This document shows, one piece after another, positions 57,855 to 64,000 of a DNA stretch of 64,000 nt. Source of the DNA: an uncultured Eubacteriales bacterium (lineage in GTDB: Bacteria > Bacillota > Peptococcia > Peptococcales > SKKY01); assembly GCA_964642925.1 (NCBI GenBank), contig CAZXPJ010000001.1, positions 93,608 to 157,607 on the forward strand, written 5' to 3'. Every line of letters starts with the position of its first letter. The first letter of the stretch is position 1. A model generated the notes under the pieces. That model was not told the origin of the DNA and made no database searches. It saw only the letters and a list, made by a program, of their open reading frames with translations. Made by a program: the position numbers and the translations under genes.

Positions 57855-58898
57855 TTATACTAATTCCATTAATTCTCTTTTATTCTCTGGTAATATTTCA
57901 TTAATAAATAAGGTTCTCTCTTCCATTAAGTTGACCCTTTTAAATTGAGAGTATCTTGCTCCATATCTATCAGCAATCACCATTACCTCTGGTCGGCTAG
58001 GAAGTCCTTGGGACAGCTTCAAAACTACCCCATAGCGAAGATTGCTTAATCTAACAAAGGATCCAACAGGAAAAGGAGCCACATGTTTGGTAAAAACATC
58101 CACTAATTTTGGATCAAACATAGTCCTTTCCAAGCTCATTATTTTTTCCAAAGCTTGGTAAGGGTACATTCTTTCTTTTAAAGGATTCATAAAAGATAAG
58201 TTATCATAATAATTCGCAATAGCAACTATCCTTGCGTATTCTTGAATATCCCTTCCCATAAGTCCTCGAGGATATCCTGTTCCATCGTAATTTTCATGGT
58301 GTTGAAAAGCCACATGGGCAACCTGGGATTTAATTTCAGACATTTTCTTTAAAATTTCAAAGCCCCTATCTGGATGTTCTTCTCCAACATCTTCTAATTT
58401 CCCAATATCATGAAGCATTGCCCCTAAAGCTAAATCCTTTATCTGAAAATCATTATAGCCTAAGTATTTTCCAATTAAAATAGACAATACGGATACATTT
58501 AAGCTATGAACAAAAAATTTAATTTTATCGCTATAAAAGTCAAGACCAGAGACGATTAAATTCTTACTACTATTAACATCTTCTAGGACTTTATTTATTA
58601 TATTGTGGACTTGTTTACCTTCAATTTCCCTACCACTTTTTATGTTTTCGTGAACTTCCATTAAAACTCTAACAAAATTCACTTTTACACTATCACTTAT
58701 AAGATCTTTTTGATCTATTTCTTTTTCAAGAAGTTCATCTTTAACATATACAAAGGGAAGGCCCATTTCTTCAAGTCTTTTAATATAAAGTTTTTTTACT
58801 ATTGTGCCTTCTTTAAGTAAAAGTCTTCCTTCTTTATCATAGACATTTTTTCCTATTATCTGGCCATCTTTAATATCTTCGATGGCAATTGATCTCAT
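57855..58898 (-). CDS. HD-GYP domain protein (putative c-di-GMP phosphodiesterase)
   Basis: 347 aa. Intact HDIGK and HHENYDGTGYP motifs, flanked by an N-terminal ~130-aa and a C-terminal ~90-aa domain of unknown function. Confidence 0.85.
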   Translation of the reverse strand: MRSIAIEDIKDGQIIGKNVYDKEGRLLLKEGTIVKKLYIKRLEEMGLPFVYVKDELLEKEIDQKDLISDSVKVNFVRVLMEVHENIKSGREIEGKQVHNIINKVLEDVNSSKNLIVSGLDFYSDKIKFFVHSLNVSVLSILIGKYLGYNDFQIKDLALGAMLHDIGKLEDVGEEHPDRGFEILKKMSEIKSQVAHVAFQHHENYDGTGYPRGLMGRDIQEYARIVAIANYYDNLSFMNPLKERMYPYQALEKIMSLERTMFDPKLVDVFTKHVAPFPVGSFVRLSNLRYGVVLKLSQGLPSRPEVMVIADRYGARYSQFKRVNLMEERTLFINEILPENKRELMELV

Positions 58899-58920
58899 CT
58901 AGCCTAGTCCCACCTAATCT

Positions 58921-59334
58921 TTATTGAAGTATTTTTTCCAAGTCCACCAATTTTACCAGTCTTTCTCCTAACTTGGCAATACCCCTAATGAAATTTTTTT
59001 CTTCATCTACATTCATTTTACCTGGCTCTTCTATTTCATCCTCATCAATTTTAATTATTTCAGACACAGCATCCACTTTAAAACCATATATTTTTTCTCC
59101 AGATCCTACAACAATAATTCTAGTGTTATCGTTATCCTCTACTTCTTCCATTTTTAAAATATTCTTTAAAGAAATGATAGGAACAACCTGTCCCCGGATA
59201 TTTGTAACTCCAAGAACATAACTAGAGGTATTAGGCATAGCAGTAAGGCTTTGCATTCTAAGAATTTCCTTAACCATCATGATGTCCATTCCAAAATCTT
59301 CTTCATTCATCTTAAATATAACTTGCTGGGTCAT
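58921..59334 (-). CDS. cheW: CheW-like chemotaxis coupling protein (orphan)
   Basis: 137 aa single CheW domain (FGMDIMMVKEILR...VTNIRGQVVPIISLK...RIIVV). There is no cheA, MCP or cheY in the window. Confidence 0.85.
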   Translation of the reverse strand: MTQQVIFKMNEEDFGMDIMMVKEILRMQSLTAMPNTSSYVLGVTNIRGQVVPIISLKNILKMEEVEDNDNTRIIVVGSGEKIYGFKVDAVSEIIKIDEDEIEEPGKMNVDEEKNFIRGIAKLGERLVKLVDLEKILQ

Positions 59335-59354
59335 TAGTTTCTCCTCCTGAAAAA

Positions 59355-60212
59355 TTAAATATTTCCCACATAAACATCTTTCATATAAGCAGTGGCTATT
59401 TTCACTATTTCATCTAAAGTGCTAATATCCGTTGCTGGCATTTTCGCCTTGTAACTGGGGTAATAGCGATTTATGTGCACTGGTATTTCTTGGTCTAGAT
59501 CAGAAAGCCATTTAAAAAAATCTTCTGCTTCCTCTATATTATCATTAATACCAGGGACAATTAAACAAGAAATTTCAAGATGTTTTTCCTTTTTAACAAT
59601 TTCCCTTAAGTTCCTCTTTATTATAGCAAAATCTGCTTTAAAATGCTTCCTATATGCTGGGGAGGAAAAAGCTTTAACATCAATATTAAAAGCATCAATA
59701 TATTCCAGTAGTTCTAACAAAGGTTCTGAATTTACATAACCATTGGAGACAAAAACATTTTTTAAAGCATTTTTCCTTATCAAAGATGAGGTTTTCATAA
59801 CATATTCAAACATTACAATTGGTTCAGAATAAGTATAGGCCAAGCCTATGTTTTTAGATGATACTAGTTCAAGGGCTTTTTCAACTAATTCTTCTGGACT
59901 CATTTTAATATCATTTCTATTTTCACATTGGGAAATCTGCCAGTTCTGACAAAAAGAGCAGTGAAGATTACAGCCGCTAGCTCCAGCAGATAAGATTTTA
60001 GTTTTAGGAAAATATTTAGCTAAGGGCTTTTTTTCTATAGGATCCAGAGATAAGGAGGATAAATTATCATTTTCAGTATATAAAATTCCACCCTTGTTAA
60101 ATCTAGACCTACAAATACCCCGATAACCGTCTCTAATTATACAATTATGAGGGCAAAGTATACATTCTACTACATTGTTTTCCAGTTTATTATAAAATTT
60201 ACACTCCATCAT
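59355..60212 (-). CDS. AmmeMemoRadiSam-system radical SAM enzyme (PflA-like activase family)
   Basis: 285 aa. N-terminal Cys-rich CILCPHNCIIRDGYRGIC, then radical SAM GCNLHCSFCQNW. Adjacent to AMMECR1 and LigB/Memo-like genes. Confidence 0.8.
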   Translation of the reverse strand: MMECKFYNKLENNVVECILCPHNCIIRDGYRGICRSRFNKGGILYTENDNLSSLSLDPIEKKPLAKYFPKTKILSAGASGCNLHCSFCQNWQISQCENRNDIKMSPEELVEKALELVSSKNIGLAYTYSEPIVMFEYVMKTSSLIRKNALKNVFVSNGYVNSEPLLELLEYIDAFNIDVKAFSSPAYRKHFKADFAIIKRNLREIVKKEKHLEISCLIVPGINDNIEEAEDFFKWLSDLDQEIPVHINRYYPSYKAKMPATDISTLDEIVKIATAYMKDVYVGNI

Positions 60213-60220
60213 AGATTATT

Positions 60221-60724
60221 CTATCCTTTCTCATATCTAGTTACTTTAAATCTTTTAATAATAAAATTTTCCCCTGTAATACCAGCCTTGTCTTTAGCTA
60301 TTTCTATCTGATCTTCCACCTTATTTACTCCCTCTAAATTAGGAAGCAATAAGCCCCTCTTGTATCCCTGCTCCACAATTACCCCGTATAGCTTAGGGTC
60401 CAGTTCTGAAATATCACTAATTTCTTCCTCAGGCTCTAGGATATCCACGGAAATATCTAATTTATTAAACTCATCTATAGTCACAGGGTAAAATCTAGGA
60501 TCCTCTGTAGCTGCAGCAATAGCATTGCTTATTATTTCCTCCTTTAAAGAGCCTCTTCCCCTTATAGTTCCAATACAACCTCTAAGCTTCCCTTCCATTT
60601 TTAAAGTAACAAAGACCCCTTTTCTTTCATCTTTATTTTTTTCATGATCAACTTTTAGTTTTTTTCCTGTCTGTAAATATTCTTTAATTGCATCTCTAGC
60701 AACATCAATGTATTCATTAGTCAT
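60221..60724 (-). CDS. AMMECR1-domain protein (AmmeMemoRadiSam system protein A-like)
   Basis: 167 aa. GVFVTLK..GKLRGCIGT and DPRF motifs characteristic of AMMECR1. Confidence 0.85.
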   Translation of the reverse strand: MTNEYIDVARDAIKEYLQTGKKLKVDHEKNKDERKGVFVTLKMEGKLRGCIGTIRGRGSLKEEIISNAIAAATEDPRFYPVTIDEFNKLDISVDILEPEEEISDISELDPKLYGVIVEQGYKRGLLLPNLEGVNKVEDQIEIAKDKAGITGENFIIKRFKVTRYEKG

Positions 60725-61502
60725 AATAAATATCTCCTTTCCCTACTAGATAGCCCACCCCAAATGGTTTTTCATAGCTTAATACCTTAGTCTTTATTTT
60801 AAATTCACCTAAAACAAAAGAAGCAAGTATTAGGGGGATAAATCCACACTGACCTGCTCCCTCTACGATATATTCTGGGATATCTTTAATCTTATCTAAT
60901 CTTCCTTCTTCTATTGCTTCATAAACCATCCTATCAAAGATAGGACCTTCTTCAGCAAATCCATAATGGGAATCTTCTTTAAGTCTATGGCTTAAATCAG
61001 CGGAGATTACAAGACCGAAGTTGTCCTTATTAAAATGTTCATCCCTATTTAAAAGATTAGCTATAACTTTACCTTTTTCCTCTAGATCTTTAATATTTGT
61101 AAAGCCGCTACTTATACTTACAACTTCTAAGTCAGAAATTACTTTTTCTAAAAAATAGAGAGGAACTAAAACACCATGGTCCAGTTCGCTTTCTATCCCA
61201 TAAAAACCATTCTCCACAAGTTTTTTTACCATTTGAGTATCATTTCTAAAGTTAAATTCTTTAGTGTAATTAAACTGACCTAAGTTTCCTTTTAAAGTTG
61301 TTGTTGTATTTACAGCATGCATCCTGGATGGAGCAAATCCATGGGGAGAAATTACAATTACTTTCTTAATTCCTTCGGAAGCAAATTCTTGCCCTAGGCT
61401 TTCCATAGCTTTGTATGTTTCATCAACTTCACGGGCATCTTCTCTCCCAATTTCCGGAAGTACTACAGGAGGATGAGGAAATATCCCTATTTTTTTCAAC
61501 AT
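60717..61502 (-). CDS. LigB/Memo-superfamily protein (class III extradiol dioxygenase subunit-B fold; AmmeMemoRadiSam partner)
   Basis: 261 aa. N-terminal FPHPPVVLPEIG, SPHG and DHGVLVPL metal-ligand-like motifs. Overlaps the AMMECR1 gene by 8 nt. Confidence 0.7.
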   Translation of the reverse strand: MLKKIGIFPHPPVVLPEIGREDAREVDETYKAMESLGQEFASEGIKKVIVISPHGFAPSRMHAVNTTTTLKGNLGQFNYTKEFNFRNDTQMVKKLVENGFYGIESELDHGVLVPLYFLEKVISDLEVVSISSGFTNIKDLEEKGKVIANLLNRDEHFNKDNFGLVISADLSHRLKEDSHYGFAEEGPIFDRMVYEAIEEGRLDKIKDIPEYIVEGAGQCGFIPLILASFVLGEFKIKTKVLSYEKPFGVGYLVGKGDIYYD

Positions 61503-61507
61503 TTAAA

Positions 61508-62464
61508 TCACCTCGATATTTCTATTATCTCTACTGTTTCTAAATTAGGACAATTTTTAAAGATATCATCATAATTTGTATCAGCGCTTACTTCTAACTT
61601 TTTAATCCCTATGCTTTCTAAGCTAGTACATTCACCAAACATCATCACCATATTCCTTACTCTTGAGGTGTCGAAGTTACTCACATCTATTGACTCTAAA
61701 CTCTTGCAATAGCTAAACATTAATTCCATATTTTCTACATTGGAGGTGTCAAAACTACTTACATCTAAAGTCTCTAGACTAATACAATCCATGAACATGC
61801 CTATCATGTTTTCTACCTTGGAAGTATCAAAGCTACTTAAGTCTAAGGATTTTAAGTTACCGCAATAACTAAACATTAATTCCATATTTTCTACTTGTGA
61901 AGTATCTAAATTACTTACATCTAATTCTACTAAGCTACTGCAAGTAGAAAACATATTCCACATATATTTAACATTTGAAGTATCAAAGTTACTTAGATCT
62001 ATGGATTTTAGATTATTACATTCACCAAACATCAAATTCATATTTTCTACTTTTGAAGTATCAAAACTACTCAAATTTATAGATTCCAGGCTAGTAGAAT
62101 ACATAAACATCCCACTCATATCTTTTACCTTAGAAGTATCAAAGTTTGTTAAGTCCAATCTGCTTATCTTGTTATAGCCTTTACCCCTATAGATGTCCTC
62201 TTTCCGATCATACTCCTCCAGAAACATACCCTCATAGCTTATGACATCTTTACCTTCATACTTTGTAAGAGGACCTGATATTTTACCCAAATCTCCCTCT
62301 GTGCCCCCAGTTCCATTCCACCAGGCTCTATAGCCCGATCCATCTTCTAATAATATGTAATCATAGTATTCTTTGCTTTCTTTATTGCCACAGGATGAAA
62401 ATAACATAACCGACATCAGTAGAATTAATATAAGGAATAATTTATTTTTCATTTTCCCCTCCAT
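61508..62464 (-). CDS. Lipoprotein with DUF285/BspA-type leucine-rich repeats
   Basis: 318 aa. Signal peptide plus lipobox LFSSC(25). Seven 26-aa repeats L.S.D.S.FDTS.V.NM..MF..C.. plus one degenerate unit. Confidence 0.75.
   Translation of the reverse strand: MEGKMKNKLFLILILLMSVMLFSSCGNKESKEYYDYILLEDGSGYRAWWNGTGGTEGDLGKISGPLTKYEGKDVISYEGMFLEEYDRKEDIYRGKGYNKISRLDLTNFDTSKVKDMSGMFMYSTSLESINLSSFDTSKVENMNLMFGECNNLKSIDLSNFDTSNVKYMWNMFSTCSSLVELDVSNLDTSQVENMELMFSYCGNLKSLDLSSFDTSKVENMIGMFMDCISLETLDVSSFDTSNVENMELMFSYCKSLESIDVSNFDTSRVRNMVMMFGECTSLESIGIKKLEVSADTNYDDIFKNCPNLETVEIIEISR
61622..62167 (-). repeat. Seven tandem 78-nt (26-codon) coding repeats inside the LRR lipoprotein gene
   Basis: The periodicity is visible in DNA. 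For example, AAACATTAATTCCATATTTTCTAC recurs 156 nt apart (61716 and 61872). The protein units are listed in the findings. Confidence 0.85.
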
Positions 62465-62542
62465 AATTATTTATATATTTCATTTCTTCCCTTACCAATA
62501 CCCATTATCTTCTTTATTTAAAAGCTTACTTGAGTTGGGGAT

Positions 62543-62580
62543 AAAAAAAAGCCCCAAAGCACATGGCTTTGAGGACTTTC
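62543..62580 (-). terminator. Intrinsic terminator of the rplM-rpsI operon
   Basis: Minus strand: CCTCAAAGC-catgt-GCTTTGGGG followed by CTTTTTTTT, 14 nt after the rpsI stop. Confidence 0.8.
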
Positions 62581-62593
62581 GAATTTGTATGAA

Positions 62594-62989
62594 TTATCTC
62601 TTTGAGAACTGTGAAGCTTTACGAGCTTTTTTAAGACCATATTTATGTCTTTCTTTCATTCTTGGATCTCTTGTCAAGTAACCAGCTGTTTTTAAAGATG
62701 GTCTTAATCCTGGTTCTGCTTTAAGTAATGCTCTTGCAATACCCAATCTGATTGCACCAGCTTGACCAGTTCCTCCACCGCCATGTACTTTACATACAAC
62801 ATTAAATCTATTTTCTGTTTCTGTTAATACCAGAGGTTGCTTGACAATCATCTCCAGAGTTTTTTTGTCCATATAATTTTCTAATTCTCTACCGTTGATA
62901 GTAATAGTGCCTTCTCCAGGTAATAATCTTACTCTAGCGATGGACTTTTTACGACGTCCTGTTCCATAATATTGAACTATATCTGCCAT
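62594..62989 (-). CDS. rpsI: 30S ribosomal protein S9
   Basis: 131 aa. YYGTGRRK... and the C-terminal [12 protein letters not shown]. Confidence 0.95.
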   Translation of the reverse strand: MADIVQYYGTGRRKKSIARVRLLPGEGTITINGRELENYMDKKTLEMIVKQPLVLTETENRFNVVCKVHGGGGTGQAGAIRLGIARALLKAEPGLRPSLKTAGYLTRDPRMKERHKYGLKKARKASQFSKR

Positions 62990-63008
62990 GTGTTATGCTC
63001 CCCCCTTC

Positions 63009-63440
63009 TTAACCTTGCCATACTTCAGGTTTCTGTGCTTCGTGTGGATGCTCAGAACCTTTGTAGACATTTAATTTTGTAAACATTTTTGCTCCCAGAC
63101 GATTGTGAGGAAGCATACCCTTGATTGCTACTTCAATGGCTAATTCAGGTCTTTTTTCCAATAAAACTCTATACTTAGTCCTTTTTAAACCACCAGGATA
63201 TCCACTATGACGAATTAATTCTTTCTGATCTAATTTATTTCCTGTAAGCTGAATTTTTTCTGCATTTATAATGATTACGTGATCACCGCAATCAACATTT
63301 GGTGTAAAAGTAGGCTTATGTTTTCCTCTTAATACTGAAGCTACTGCAGATGACAATCTACCTAGAGTTTGTCCCTCTGCGTCAAATATAAACCATTTTC
63401 TTTCCACTTCAGTGGGCTTTGCCATGTACGTGGTACGCAT
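63009..63440 (-). CDS. rplM: 50S ribosomal protein L13
   Basis: [29 protein letters not shown].... ATG 63440 with AGGAGGAA RBS. The track start at 63512 is an upstream extension. Confidence 0.95.
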   Translation of the reverse strand: MRTTYMAKPTEVERKWFIFDAEGQTLGRLSSAVASVLRGKHKPTFTPNVDCGDHVIIINAEKIQLTGNKLDQKELIRHSGYPGGLKRTKYRVLLEKRPELAIEVAIKGMLPHNRLGAKMFTKLNVYKGSEHPHEAQKPEVWQG

Positions 63441-63540
63441 ATATATTTCCTCCTCTGATAAGTTTACCTTATTAAACAAGTTAAACGGGGCTCGCTTAAC
63501 AATAAACCACAATTTATTGTATTAAAACGGCTAATTTATG

Positions 63541-64000
63541 TCAATAGTAAACTTCTTTTAAATATAGGCCTCCCGCAGGGGCTTTTTTGGATCTTAGGTT
63601 TCTATCTCCTGTTTCCAAGGCTTTTTTTATTGTATCTATATCCTTTTTGCCTGTCCCTACTTCTAGGACTGTTCCAACAATAATTCTAAGCATATTATAA
63701 AGAAAGCCTCTCCCAATAAAGTGAAACCAAATTTCATTACCTACTTGGGTAAGATAAACTTCGTGAACTGTTCGTCTGAAATCTGTAGTATCTGTATTTT
63801 TAGATGAAAAAGCTCTAAAATCTTTTTTCCCTACGAATTCTGCTAAAGCTAATTTCATTTTATCAATGTCAAGTTCTTGGGGAAAATAGTATTTATAATT
63901 ATGTTCAAAAACTTCTGGTCTATTTCCTTGAAGCACTTTATAAATATAATACTTTTTTTTAGCAAGATGTCTAGCATGAAATTCTGCCTCTGCATCTTCC
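63541..64000 (-). CDS. truA: tRNA pseudouridine(38-40) synthase TruA, C-terminal part (gene continues beyond the window end)
   Basis: The frame stays open to position 64000 (...AEFHARHLAKKKYYIYKVLQGNRPEVF...), with FHAR, GKKDFRAFS and GRGFLYNMLRIIVG motifs. The track M at 63936 is internal. Confidence 0.85.
   Translation of the reverse strand, partial: EDAEAEFHARHLAKKKYYIYKVLQGNRPEVFEHNYKYYFPQELDIDKMKLALAEFVGKKDFRAFSSKNTDTTDFRRTVHEVYLTQVGNEIWFHFIGRGFLYNMLRIIVGTVLEVGTGKKDIDTIKKALETGDRNLRSKKAPAGGLYLKEVYY

Noticed and set aside
61544-62167. Regular ~78-nt periodic repeats considered as a possible CRISPR or other non-coding array.
   Set aside because: The repeats are contiguous with no unique spacers, lie in one open reading frame and translate to a coherent LRR consensus. 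They are coding tandem repeats.
62373-62681. 102-aa plus-strand ORF spanning the LRR gene start, the intergenic region and the rpsI 3' end.
   Set aside because: It runs through the rpsI terminator hairpin and two opposite-strand coding regions, which makes it implausible as a gene.

Overview
This window is an AT-rich, very gene-dense core chromosomal segment of a low-GC Firmicute (Clostridia/Tissierellia-like). I count about 64 CDS, all but 4 on the minus strand. No similarity search was possible, so every call rests on motif or family recognition in the supplied translations plus manual reading of the intergenic DNA.

Gene order is largely collinear with the Bacillus subtilis yqe/yqf and rplU-obg regions:
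- feoAB, deoC, mgtE
- era-cdd-dgkA-ybeY-pgpH-phoH
- a flotillin operon (nfeD-floA-yqfB-like)
- yqeY-rpsU, hit, mtaB-rsmE-prmA
- dnaJ-dnaK-grpE-hrcA with a perfect CIRCE operator
- hemW-lepA, murJ, rpsT, holA, comEC, ilvD, comEA, obg
- rpmA-prp-rplU
- an RNase G / radical-SAM cluster
- a multidomain glucosaminidase, a ClC channel, typA, mrp, two small-solute transporters
- a split arginine biosynthesis regulon (argH-argG-argF and argD-argB-argJ-argC) with matching ARG-box-like operators
- rpsI-rplM-truA

I saw no tRNA/rRNA genes, CRISPR arrays, transposases, integrases or recognisable defence genes.

The best candidates for poorly described biology are:
1. A tightly packed six-gene unit at 57.9-62.5 kb. 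It joins an AmmeMemoRadiSam-type trio (LigB/Memo-like, AMMECR1, radical SAM) to an orphan CheW, an HD-GYP phosphodiesterase and a DUF285/BspA-type LRR lipoprotein.
2. A B12-type radical SAM / DUF2344 / RNase G / metallophosphoesterase operon feeding into rplU-prp-rpmA-obg.
3. A PBP5-like D,D-carboxypeptidase homologue that has lost the SxxK nucleophile and the KTG motif.

Smaller observations include several SD-sequestering or attenuator-like leaders (mgtE, comEC, typA). Strong intrinsic terminators also sit directly against the next gene's RBS at phoH, obg and argH. Most of the window is ordinary housekeeping DNA, and the interest scores are set accordingly.
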